A stretch of DNA of 64,000 nt, taken from positions 18,724,001 to 18,788,000 of the forward strand of contig CM022665.1 in the NCBI GenBank assembly GCA_012295275.1. The letters run 5' to 3'. This document shows, piece after piece, positions 14,481-28,080 of the stretch. The notes under the pieces were generated by a model. It was not told the origin of the DNA. It ran no database searches and saw nothing but the letters and a program-made list of their open reading frames with translations. Position 1 is the stretch's first letter. Each line of letters opens with the position of its first letter. The stretch is from Chrysomallon squamiferum (lineage: Eukaryota; Animalia; Mollusca). The translations under genes were made by a program, and so were the position numbers.

Positions 14481-15666
14481 TATATATATATTGTATGCAT
14501 GAATACATCCATTACATACATAATTATATATACAAGATCATATGTTATTATTTTTGCATCCTTAAAATTGCTAAAACCTGGACATTCTAAGGTCTAATGA
14601 TACCCACATTATAGGTTTTACATACGTGTGTGTGTATATATATTTCTAAATTTGAATACCTTGTTTGCATAGTATTGTTTCCCATACCCAGGAAAGTACA
14701 TACCATGTACTTTGATAAACCAGACAGGCTGCATCTGAAAAACAATCAACTCACTTGAGCCTGTCATGGAGTATATCAAGGAAGATCATTTTGTTTGTAG
14801 ATTCTGTAAAAATTTTGTTTTTCCACAAGTTACTTGTCTTCTGTTATGTGGTAACATAGTATTCCATTAAAATTTTCATTTTAAGTGTTATTCTGTAACT
14901 CTAGGCCCATAAAGATTTTCAAAAATTAAAAAATAAAATTTCTTTTCCTTTTTTCTTTTTCTATTTTCGGTTTTCTTCATTTTAATGATTTCAAGACGGT
15001 AATTGAAATTAAACTGGATTGAACTGTTTAATTTAATTTCACTTTAATTTTTTTTTCTTTTTTTTTTCTGTTTTTAAAAGATATTCTTTTTGCTAAAAAT
15101 TCATTTGGATGCTTTTTTTTTTTTTTCCCCAATACATTCCTGGCAATAAATTCAAAAAGGGAAAACCATAAAAAAAAAAAAAAAAACATTTAAAAAAAAA
15201 GAAAGAAAAATGTATGAGTAGTGGGGGGAAGATATATATTAACTAAAAATTTCTTTGAACCTGAAATAATAAAAACAGTAAAAAAAATTAAAAAGGTTGG
15301 CACAGCATTGCCATTAATTATCATTTCAAGATTGATTATTTGGCTGTAACCTGACGAATGCGTTAATTAACCATGACAGGCTCATCCCACAACTTATCTG
15401 TACAGATGGAAGGTTCATCCAAGTGAGCGTGGGAATCTCTCCTCAAGGCTTGTTGGACCTCTAAAAAACATCCCCGACAGCTGTTTCTGATTTGTAAACC
15501 TAATTTATATCTACTAGTAAGACAGAGAAACTCTTGCCGATAGTTCCCCTGCATTGCATGCTGCCAGTAAATAGGGCTGGTGCAGTGCTTATAACAGGGT
15601 GAGATAATATCTCCAAATGTTAGCTACATGATAAAAGAGCTTCTGATTTACAGCGGAAATTACTTT

Positions 15667-15698
<32 letters not shown>

Positions 15699-16881
15699 GA
15701 TAATAAAATCTTTGAGAGATTTTAAAGGAAAAATTAATTTTAATTTTGCAGTATCTCAATTTATTTATTTTTTTTCCCATTACTTTATAATTCTTTTTCT
15801 TTTTTTCTTTTTTTGTTATATAAATATTTTATTAAAAAAAAAAATTTTTGGTTGTTATTTTTCTCTCATTTCTTTGATAACTGTTCTTGATGTTGGAAAT
15901 GACATTATCAAGAGGTTTGAAAGAGAAGATAACTCTCAGTGGTTGACCAGCTTGTATTAGAACCGTTATCATATATACTCTGACACTTTTAAATCAATTA
16001 TATTTAATCATAGCTTATTATACATACACAGATCAGAACAACAACCTCACCCACATCACTTATAATTTTGCAGTGGCAGGCCTCCATCACAGAGAGTAAT
16101 TTTCAAGACAGTATTTTAATATGAAATGTTTTCATAATTAATCATTTGCAAGGATAATGGAAGTTTATATTGATTGAAAACAGGTTTCTTTCTTCATTTG
16201 TTTATTGATTTATTATTATTACTGTTGTTGCTATTGTTGTTGTTATTATTATTATTTCAGAGAAGCAGTTTTATCATTACTTACCATGGCTTTACATTAT
16301 AGTCCATGCCAAACCTATTACATAACATTAGCAGAAAATGTTTGTCATACAGAAGAACATTCAGTTCATGAAAGGTTTAAAAGATGTGTCAATAATAAGA
16401 GCTGTATGTGTAAGGTGTTTAATATTATGTTTTATTTTATTGCCACTGTCAAAACGATTTTTGTTTTCTTACAAGCTTTATCAGATATTGACATTAACCT
16501 TGTGTGTTGTGTGTATGGAGAGAGAGAGATAGAGAACTTTATATTATCATATTTAGAATAAACTCAGTTCCATATTCCCTCATGTTTTTACTTCATCTGA
16601 TCTACATTGTGTCATCTAGATACTGCATTTGTATTGTCACAATCCACATTCCCTCTGTTTTATATTGTTTCCAATCCATATTCCCTCAGATCTATATTCA
16701 CACAGCTTTATTTTTCCTTTGTTTTAAATTCTTTTAGCTATTGACTACATTTTTTAAGCAGTAAAAGTATGTTAAGTATGTTTGCTTGTTATGTGTGTAT
16801 GTGAGTGATAGCCAAACCTCTGCATAGCCAAGCTGAGTTCTTCACCCACTATATACTGTATATGCCTTTGTTTGTGTCTGT

Positions 16882-16952
<71 letters not shown>
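16882..16952. repeat. (CA)n microsatellite; others near 560, 5765, 14441, 18138, 33869, 39927
   Basis: Direct inspection; source of the HTHTHT/CVCVCV ORFs. Confidence 0.95.
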
Positions 16953-16953
<1 letters not shown>

Positions 16954-17291
16954 CATGCACATATTACACTTGTATTTTATTATGGTTTTAATATATGCAG
17001 ACACCCAATACCACACATATCTATGTTGATACATGTAATGTGCATACATAATTTATATCTGGGTTGTTGTTTTTCTTTTTTCTTTTTTTAAATGGATAAA
17101 TCTTGTAAACATTAATTTAACCAGATTTGCTGATAATTGCTGAAATCATTAAAGAAATATTTAAAAAAAAAAACTTGTGTGCAGGTGACAAAGTAGAAAA
17201 TTAAATATCTTATAAGTTTCTTTAATGATTTCTTTTTCTGAGACTTGTATCTAGGCCAACAAGTTTTAAATTGCTTTAATATGTATGTATG

Positions 17292-17319
17292 TATCTATCT
17301 ACTTTATCTATCTATCTAA

Positions 17320-17375
<56 letters not shown>

Positions 17376-17394
17376 ATATATATATATATATATA
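17292..17394. repeat. (CTAT)n + (TA)n compound microsatellite
   Basis: Direct inspection. Confidence 0.95.
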
Positions 17395-18137
17395 AATGCA
17401 TATAACCCTGCATGTATGTGTATACATATGTATTTGTAATAGTATGAGCATGTCTGTGTGTGTTTCTGTACATGTGTTTTCTTAACATAAAGGTATTATA
17501 TCACTTTAGAGGTAGCTAACGTTTAATAGGCCAAGAGGTATTCAGTATTAAAAATTCCATTTTTCTCTAATCATTTTTAAATGTTTAAATATGTCTTATT
17601 TTATGTCATTATTGGTTTTTTTTATGAGAAATGTCAGTATGTGAAAAATTCAATTTTGCATTAAATATAATTTTTTCCCAGCGTGTAATTTGTTTATTTT
17701 ATATTATGATTATTTGTTTTTACTGATTTTTTTTTATATATATTATTTTGTATCTGTTTATTTAACTTATTATAGTTTTATGTGTTTTACATTTATATTA
17801 GAAATGCCAGTACAAAAGAAAATAAAATTGATGTGTGTGGGAGATTTGCTTTTTACATTCCTTCTTGTTTTTGTTTTTGTTTATTACTTATTATGTACTT
17901 ACATTAGAAATGCAAATATTTAAAAATAACATTTTCGATTTAATTTATATGTCATTGTTCCCAATATATAAATGTTTTTTTTTGTTGTTTGTTTTAAAAC
18001 TCCATGAATCAGTTTTAATGTCTGTCATTTGCTATACAACCCTAGAGTTTGTATAATGACACTGAACAGACCCTACATGGTTTTAAGAATTGACTCATTA
18101 AACTTATTCATGCCTCTGTTATGTTGATGGTACTCAG

Positions 18138-18181
<44 letters not shown>

Positions 18182-21100
18182 GTGTGAACCTAAAAGGATT
18201 ATTGAATTACTTTGAAATAATTATTTCTCCTGGCATTTCAGATTAATGTAAGGCTATAGTAATATAGACCTGATTCAGAATTAGAAATTCAAAAGACAAA
18301 GACAAAAATAAAGCAAAATATGAAAATAAAGGAAGATCTCACTGTCATTATATACAGTACTGAGGATATAAAATAAATTTATCTTTCCTCTTTTTAGACA
18401 GAATCATTTTAAATTTATAGATTTTCTTTTTTTTAGTGTTAAATAAAAGTGTCATATTACTTCAGCTGTGCTGGGAATAATGATGAAATGAAATATTGCT
18501 TGTTTCAGAATTTTTTTTTTTTTTCTTCATTATTGTTATTATCATGGTCATTATCTTCAGCTTTCAGAAATGTAGTCTAAAACAAATATATTAGAGTATA
18601 TTCACCCACTTCTTTCAGATATGAAGATAATAAAACTCTGTGACTGCTGGACACTTTAATACAGTTACTGAACTTCATGTAATTAACACTCCAATGACAG
18701 TACTATAATGTCTGGGTGTGAAGGCAACTTTGATGTTTCCATTTTAACAAGTGGCACTTTTGTTTTTTCAAACAGCAATTAGCAGTGTGATATATTTTTT
18801 CTGCTTGAAAGAAAACTTGTAACAGATGTATTTTCACATTCCTGATTGCAGGATGCTTCATTACTGTTATCAGAACAGCTGAAATAAATTGTTACATGAA
18901 ACTGGTCAGCTGGTTTCACTAATAACCAATACTGTATTTTTTGTTTGGCTTGAGGCATCATGGGTGATTGGATCAGTCCTTGTTAGTGTGTCTCTTGGCC
19001 TATCACCCACTCCAACCAGATCTTGTTGATCACATATCAAAGGCTGTGGCATGTGTTTTTATTTCTGTAGAAAGGTTCATATAAAAGATCCATTTTGCTG
19101 CTGATCTGTAACAGTACACTATGGAATAATGATCACAGCAGGTTTCTTTTCTAATATTTATACAGCTGATAACTGAATTAATATGTGCTGCAGTGTCATT
19201 AAACATTTTTCTTTTTTCAACATAATTATGTTTGTCAGCTAAATGTTAATCAGTGAAGTATTTATTAAAATATCACCAGAATGCATTGCCTGTTTTTCTT
19301 CATAAAGCTGATTTCTTTCTTTCTTATCTGTTTCTTGAAGAAGTAGGATTTTTTTTGTTTGTTTCGTGATAATTATTAATAAATGAGCATATTGCTATCT
19401 CTCTTCAGCTAGCTGGGTTGTACATTGGCAACAAACAGATAGATTAATTTACATGAGAAAGGAAGTGAGCTGACATACTTCATTATACCCAGTTACAGTT
19501 TTTTGTCTACAGTGTTGTAATCAGACTATAAAACAAAATACATTTGATTTCAAAATTGATGTCTTACATGTGAGAATCTGTGTTTGTGTGTGTGTGTGTA
19601 TGGCAGAAAGAGAGGGGGGAATTTGTATGTGAGAAGCAGAAAGAGAGAGAGAGAAAAGGTTTTTGTATTAGAGACAGAGAAAAAGAGTTTGTGAGTGAGG
19701 AAGAGAGAGAAAGGGAGGGCATGTGGGTGGTTGAGAGAAAGGAAATATTCTGCATTAGAAATTGATCTTATTGTCACAAAACCAGTTCTCTATCTTTCTG
19801 TTTCTGTTTTGTTTTTTAGTAAAACAAGTAGAATGCCCAGTAGACTGGAGGCAAATACTTGAGCTAGCATCAGTGCTTCTGATAATATTGTGATGCTTCC
19901 TTCTTTGTTGACCATCAGAAAATATGTCCCACAGGGGAGAACAGTTGTCTCCGGTTTCTGATTTATTTGTTGTTGCAGGCACTGAATGAATTTCTTTGAC
20001 AATAGCTTTTATCAAAATTTCTATTTCAAAGTATTTTAGTAACTGTTTATAGAATATATTATTACCATTCCACACAATACTTAATATGATTTAGGTTAAA
20101 TTTTGTAAATATGATCAAATTTACCTCACACATAAAAGAACCAACATTGAATTTCTGACAGCATCTTTCATTTTCTTTGTAACTTTCATGTCGCTCTGAA
20201 AAAAGATATTATAATCTACCTGTACAAAAATATCTCTAGAAAGAAGCAAAACAAATATTTTCTAAACTGTAATTTGAAGATGAGAAACATAATTCTGAAA
20301 AGTTGTTATATGACATAAGAAACAGGAATGCTAAAAATGATTTCTAATAACTGAAAATACAAACATCTATCCATTTCTCTTCCCTGCCTAGCTCTAAGAT
20401 ATTTGTGAAATTCCTCAATCTGTGAAAGGCTGATGAGGAAAATGGTGGCTATGTCGAAAAGAACACCTGATAGCTGCACATGAAATTCTGTGATGCTAAA
20501 GAAAATTGTGTTAATGGGAAAATAAATGGCAGAAAATGTAGAAATGTGAGTTGCTGTGTCAAGATGCATAAACAGCAGCAAATGTTAAAGCTATTATCAA
20601 ACAGGTTGGAGGCCGTTTCAGCAGCCAGTTAAATATGTGAAAACAATACACAGACAAAGAGATACGAGAATCTTTTATCCTGTCACTATTTTTGTATACA
20701 GTATCTCAACTGTCATTACTTGCTACGTTTTACTTTTGTATACCATTATATTAAGTCTGTATACATACTGCACATTTTTTTTTCTGCTTAATAAACTAGC
20801 ACTAATTAGCCTACATATTTTTGTCACAGTTCCGTTCCTTGCTAGAAATTCTGCATTCTCTACAAAAGATTTTTATTATTTTTATTTTTTGCTATATCTA
20901 GCCATGTAGCATTAGATACACAGATTTTATCATATTGAGTTGTTTCTGTTTTTTGTGGTTTTGAACTATTGTGTTTTGTATGAAAGTTTATATTTGCCCA
21001 AAATTTTGTTTTTGTTTTGTTCAGTTATATCACATTGATTTTGTCAGTTATTATTTTCAGTCTTAAAGATTAACCCATGATGTGTTATATTATCCATATA

Positions 21101-21455
21101 GTTTACTTTGAAGAATGTTGAACATTTTACATTGTTTTGATAACTCTGGTGCATTATTAAACTTGACCCCTCGTGCACTAAATATCAAATACCTAATTTA
21201 AATAATAATATAATGTTCATCTAAAACATTATTCAAATTTAATCAGAAAATAATAGCAAGCTAATTTTTCTGAGAGGAAACAACAATTGTAATAAAATCT
21301 TTAGTAATAAAGGAAAAAAAAAATGTGGTTGTAGTAATAATAATAATAGAAATAATAAAATTATACATTACCATTCTTTCTGCATATGATTAACCTAAAT
21401 TTTACAATCATTATTTTGTTAGTTCTGGTGAATATAAAATATTCCTTGGAGGAAG

Positions 21456-21488
<33 letters not shown>

Positions 21489-23541
21489 GCGGATTGATGT
21501 GAAGACTACAAAAAACAAGAATAATAATTAACAAAATTAATTAAGTTGTTCTAATATAATCTTTTTAAAAAAATCAAAAAAATCATTATATTGATCTTTA
21601 TCTTTTTATTATAACTATTTTTATTGTTGCTGTTATTATTATTATTATTAAATCATTAATATAATAACAGTATGTGTGTTTGTCCTGTGTTTATTAAACA
21701 TGAGTTTAATCTGCAGCTGGCATAAAAACTGGGTTTATAACCTCAACCACTTGTTCTTTGTCTAGTTCTAGTGACAACTTTATGTCACAAGAGACAGGCA
21801 GTCTACTACCACAGTATGAGAATTAATATCAATTACTATAAGCGTGTTAATGTGTACACCAAGCAACACAGTAATGTATTAATAAAATAACATCCTACAT
21901 ATGATGAACATTTCTCTTTAATAGATTTTGTAACACATGATAAAAAAGGTAAGCTTGTGAATACTCGAGCTGGTGATAGAACTGTCACAGAATACAGACA
22001 GTTGATAAGTTATATAGTTGTGAATCCTAAATTTCTTTATAAAACATTTGACACATTGCTGCTTAAAAACTGTGGTGCTTAGCTTTGTGTTTATAATATT
22101 ATATATGACACATGTACACATACACATGTATATGCAAATGTTATATACCTCTTTTGAGGACACACTTGACACATCTACTTCAAATAAACACCTGTGTTAT
22201 TCAAATTTTAGTTTAGAGAAAAATGTACTAAAGAAAATAAACTGCTGAGTCTAGGCAGATATACTTCAAAATACATTATTATAATAATAGTAATAACACA
22301 GTTCCAGGTGTTTGAACAAAAAGGTGTGTAAATAAATGTACATAAGCATAGTCCACACCCACAATTTCATTCTCAGCATCAAAGATTTTATAACAGGTTT
22401 GAAGTAGATTGTTTACAAATATTCTGTGACCATGAGCCCACCCAGCAGATAAATACAGACCACTGTGAAAATGAAATATTAGAAAACAATAAAACAGAAT
22501 CAATATTTTATTAAATAACATTTCTCTTGACCAAGCTGTTAAATATCAAGCTTTCATCAAACATGTTTTCTTTCTTTGGTCACTCAAAAACATTATCAAC
22601 AATTTTCAGTATTGTTGTTTTGCTATAAAGAAACAACTTTTTAAATTGAGTCCACTTAAATAATGAATGTGATTGACAGCACTGTGGTCACAATGTTGGT
22701 GTCGTGCAGTGTTTGCCGATGTGCCAGTTGTGAGTGATTGTCTGATTAGAGTAACGAGACTTGGTGTGACATTGATTGTGATGGTGGTGGTGAGTGCTGC
22801 TTCCAAAAGCAGGTGATACGTGAACAGGTTTTCTGCTTCAAGGTGCGAGCTGAAGTAATCAATTTTTAACCGTTTTTCTTTGTGAGGACACTGCCACCCA
22901 TCAGCTGTGTTGCATTAACACTGAATCGCTTGACTAGAGTTCTTTTGCATTCTCTCCACTTACAGTTTAAAAGCTTCTTGAAGTTTTCACTTAATTTTTC
23001 TTGTTGTTCCTTGTTAATATACATGCATTTTTAATGTTTACCAGTACAGAAAATGACTCAAGTGAAGGTATTTTTTTTTATTATTCTAGTTATAGATATT
23101 CACAGCTGTCAAACTGTTCACTTTTTAGAACAGGACATTTTTAGTTGTTGTTTGTGAGAAAAAAACACACAAAAAAACACCCCACATAACTTATAAATGT
23201 TAAACAGTTTATGCCAGTCACATGTTTAAATGGGGTGACAAAGTACTTTTTCTCATCTTTGATGTTTTGAAAAAGGTCCATGTATTAAAACTGTGAATAA
23301 CAGACTGCAGTTTTGAATTATGAAATTTTTTTCCTTCGTTTTAATGCATAATTTTTTTTATTGACAGGAAACTGCTGAAAGTATTATCAGCTTTAAACAC
23401 ACAGGTGATGTTATTAATCACATTGGAAAATAAATATTTTCTCACTGCTAAGAAATCTGAATAATGTATAAAGTGTTATTAAATTCTATGTGTAAATGTG
23501 AACAAGTATATGACTTGACTGTTGCAATGTGTTTTGTGCAG

Positions 23542-23569
23542 GGCTTTAAACTGAACTTATTTTCTAAAG
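23542..23569 (+). CDS. Candidate 28-nt frame-shifting cassette exon (phase 0: GFKLNLFSK+g)
   Basis: Acceptor gttttgtgcag (ends 23541) with upstream TGC and ttgac; strong donor AAG|GTAAGC at 23570. Confidence 0.3.
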
Positions 23570-26500
23570 GTAAGCGTGTCTGAATTAAAAGCCCTTATAG
23601 GTATGTTATAATTATTGGTGTATGTTTTTTTTATTTTTTATTGTTGTTTCTTTTTTGTATATATAATGTTTGTGTATGTTTTTTATGTATAACATTTATG
23701 TATGGTGTATGTGTGTACTTGAATGTATGCAAATTTACAAAATAAAATCAGGTAATCACTATATTTTACAAAATAATTTAAAAAATCTTATCATAAACCA
23801 GGTATTTTGTGCTGATAGTTACACATGTTTTGTGTATTGATATCTTGTAAAAACAAATAGAATGATTCATAGTAGTAAAGGGTACATAATGATTTTTATC
23901 ACTGACATGTATATTTTTATTTAGTTATGTATAAAGCTGGTGTGATACAGCTGTAACCTAAAAACGCTCTTATGTAACTTACATCAACAGTGTAAAACAT
24001 ACCTACTGTTTTTATTTCTAAAGAAAAAAAATATTACAAAATGTAATTTAGAAAGAAAAAAAAAGAAGATTAAAAATTGTGTCAAGTAATGTTATTTATG
24101 GCAGACGTTGACTTTCTCTTGATTATCACCCTGTCCCACTTTCTTGCAAATTAAACAAAGTGAAGTATTTTGAAGTATGTCCTCATCTAGATGACATTTT
24201 TGCTTGAATGAAGTAGAGGTAACAGAAAAAACAAAAACACTATCAAAACCGATTTCAATTACATAAAGAGATGAGTGAGGTAATGTTTTATTTAATACAC
24301 ACTCTAAACACGTAAGCAGCATACTGTTTGGAAAGAGAAATATCAGATTAGGTTAAAATGAGTGTTTTTAAAACCATTTTCATGTGTATAAGTCAGATAA
24401 CACACTTAGGAATTGCCTCTGTGTATGGGGGTGTCTCTGTATGTAATTCGTGTACTTACAAAGCAAAAGGATCAAAGAGAACTAGTAGCGAAAGATAAAT
24501 AATCTGTAATTACACATATATAAACCACAGTTTGTGTACTTGTTTATTAATAAATGTTTATCAATAAATACAGTCTGAATGTGTTTGATTTTCAGTTAGG
24601 TTAATGAACAGTTTCAGTATGTTAAGAATAAGCTGTAAGCATTAACAGTGATGTGAGTTCATTTTAAAAATGACCTCACGTGTTGGAAATTATAGTGTGG
24701 GAGCTGTTATGAATTTAACAGACATAATGGTCTAAAACATGTGATATTTTGATTTAAGTAGTTAGACAAATCTGTGTTAATGTACTTAGTATGTTGATGA
24801 TTAATAAAACAGTTCTTTAACTCTTACATGAAAGATAAAAACTAAATGTCCACCATTTCGTTGATAATCAAAACTTCAGAGGATTTTTTTTTCTGTCACT
24901 TTATAGACACTATATTCTTTGTTCTGCAAAAACTAAAAATGTATTTAAATTACCCCACACACGCAATTTTTTTCTTACAACATAATATATTTTATTTACT
25001 TCTTTTATTGTTGTTTTGAAATGTTTTTCTTTAAAAAAATAGAAGGTACAGTTTATAGCTATTTTGTTTAGAAAAGATTAAATGTTTGAAATAATATAAA
25101 TAATAGGCTTTGAAAGGTATTTAATTTTAAAATTTTATTGAAACTAACCAATTTTATTTTGTTTATGTATTCTTTCTCCAAAGCTATTTGTCATTACAAT
25201 GACATAAAGAGAAATAACAATTGATGTATTAATTTCTAAAAGCAGTGAGGAATTCATGGTTCAGAAACACAGATCTTCAGTCCAAAGCAATTAACACAAG
25301 TTAACATCTGTATTCACCTGAAAACTGATGTCACTGATAGTAATTGTAGTAGTTCTTTGTTATCACTTGGTGATATTTTTAGAAAGATTAAATCTCACCT
25401 GAACACATTCTAAAGCAGTACATTTATTTAAAATTGATTTAACAGTCTGAAAATGGACATCACGTACGATAATTCAAGATTGAAACACCCACTGGAGTAA
25501 CCTGATGTAATTGTTAACAAAAAAACAAATCTGTGAGATTTTCAATCACCATTATAGCATTCGGTGGACTATATCTCAGCTGTTATCCACAACTTATTTG
25601 TTGAAGATCTTGGTATGTACTATCATGTGGTATGTAAAAATTCATATAAAAGATTTCTTGCTTTTTACTATTAAGAATTATCTATGGAGCAGTTTCTTTT
25701 TTCAAGTCATCATAAAAAAATATGACTGAAACCTAATAACTGTCCATATTAAATGACATGTACATGACATTAACCATCAATTCCTTAGTTCTACAAGGCT
25801 TATATATTCTGTCAGTAATACTTATGTTAGCTTCAGAATCCATGAGAAAAACACATTTATTACACAACCTAAATGGCTCCTTGATATTCACCATTATTAT
25901 CCATACCTAAATTAATAATGCTAAGTAATTATGCCAGTGTAGCTGTCTGTGGATAAAGGTGTCAGACAGGAAATGGGCTGGCTGGTTGTGGTCAAGCTCT
26001 AACAATAGGGTATTGACAGGTGTGACAAACTAATGTTGGTTTGGGTCACTCTCACACACAACAGTGTGCGTTTGAAACACCAAGTATTGACACTAGGCTT
26101 GGACATTTGTCAAATAATTGAACACTTTTCACCCATTAAGTGCCCTCTGCCATTACCCACATCAGTGAAATTCCACTCACCCACTTCCTGCATGCTTTTG
26201 TTATCTTTATGAATTCAGTGACAAAGCAGATTATCCTACCTGCCTTATCCAAACAAATGTGTATTTATGTATGTATGTTCATGTGCATACATAAATGCAT
26301 GTACGTACCTATATCAGGCTTCAAAAGTATCAGATAATCTTAGAGAATTTCGTTCTAAAGTTAAATTCATTCTTTTTCTTATTTTATTAAATTTTCCTTT
26401 TAAAAATATATTTACATATAAAAAAAAGCAGGATACTGTTTAATATTATCTCTTTCTTGTTTATATATATATTGTTCTGAGCTTTAAATCACAGGGATAT

Positions 26501-27419
26501 TTTATGAAAATAAATACAGACAGAAAAAAATAACCTGTGTTGAAAAACAACTTAAAACTTAGCATGAGGTTACGTAAATATAGCATAAGTCTAATGGCTT
26601 TTGAATTCTTTAGTATTAGGAATTTTGTTATTTTTATTATTACTGAAGAGAAGTAGTTATCAGTTTTGGCATGAGAACTGTAAACTTCATTATGCTTTCA
26701 GAACAAAACAAACTATATATCTGCAGGTAATGCTCTAAAATATGTGTTAGTGTTAAATATTTAATGTGTTGATGTATGTATGCAGGCAATTTTTGCTTTT
26801 TCTTATTAAGAAATATTTCTCTCTCTCCTTTCATTTTTTTTTTTTCATTCTTTCTTTATTTTTAATTTTATTTAATTTTTTCTTCTTTCATTTTTCTGAT
26901 GTAATATGTTATTATTAGCAGTTTATTTCTTTTTTGTTTTTTAATTTTTGTTTTTTAATTTTAATTTTTTTTTTCTTCCAATGATTGTTGGTCATTTAAT
27001 TAAACATTTCCCTTTATTGAGAACTCAGTTTGCCAAAGAACCATAATATCTCAACATGTTCAGTTAACATTCCATTTAATAGCACCCTTTGGATAAATTA
27101 TAAATCTGTTTAAATGAGTCTGTCTGGACATATTGAAATTGCTGATCCCATTAATGATAGATCATGCATTGTGTATTAGTAGGTTTGTCAGGATAAGCTC
27201 AAAGAATTCTATCTGGTCATGAGTGACTTCATTTAATAGCAACTTTCACCCTTGTAGCTGGACATTGTGTTTATCATTAGGCTGTCTTAAAGTAGCAAGG
27301 TATTTAAAGTGGACTTTTCACTTGTGTGTGTGAATTCTGTACATTGGTAAAAGACATGTTAAGTGTTTACATATGACAAGGTTGGCTGAGTAAAGAGTAA
27401 AATTACTGGCTGTGCAGTA

Positions 27420-28080
27420 AATACAGACAACTGCAAACATAGACACTGACCATGTAGATAGTACAGACAGATGCATTGTAACAACAGACACTGGCTATAT
27501 AGATAGTACAGACAGACAAAAAATAAGTACAGACATTGATAGTACACACAGATGCAGAGTAAGTACAGACATTGGCTATATAGATAGAGTAGACAGGTGT
27601 AGAGAAACTTTAGACATTGACCATTTAGATAGTATAGACATTGACTGTATAAACAGTACATGGTAATTACAGATAGTACAGATGTAGAGCAACTACAGAA
27701 TTGACTGTATAGCTAGTACAGAGCAAGTACAGACTGTGTAGATAGTGCAGATACAGAGCAAGTACAGACATTGACTGTATAGATAGCACAGAGCAACTAC
27801 AGACATTGACTGCATAGATAGCATAGAGCAACTACAGACATTGACTGTATAGATAGTATATAGCAACTACAGACATTGACTGTATAGATAGTATAGAGCA
27901 ACTACAGACATTGACTGTATAGATAGTATAGAGCAACTACAGACATTGTATAGATAGTATAGAGCAACTACAGACATTGTATAGATAGTATAGAGCAAAT
28001 ACAGACATTGTATAGATAGTATAGAGCAAATACAGACATTGACTGTATAGATAGTACAGATGCAGAGTAAATGCAGACAT
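27420..28080. repeat. Minisatellite, 35-bp unit agcaactacagacattgactgtatagatagtatag with 31-bp variants
   Basis: Tandem copies directly visible; homogeneous at ~27790-28056 and increasingly degenerate towards 27420; accounts for ORFs 27359-27661 and 27867-28112. Confidence 0.95.

Noticed and set aside
18961-19009. Hairpin tgggtgattgg...cctatcaccca
   Set aside because: Only ~11 bp of good stem; expected by chance in 64 kb.
19820-19900. Further acceptor-like sites as extra exons (19819; also 8210/8218, 16260, 30477)
   Set aside because: Pyrimidine tract + AG is very common on the T-rich + strand, and these sites lack CpG retention or other independent support.
27420-28080. CRISPR-like appearance of the 31-35 bp periodic array
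   Set aside because: Units are head-to-tail with no unique spacers, there are no cas genes, and the context is eukaryotic.
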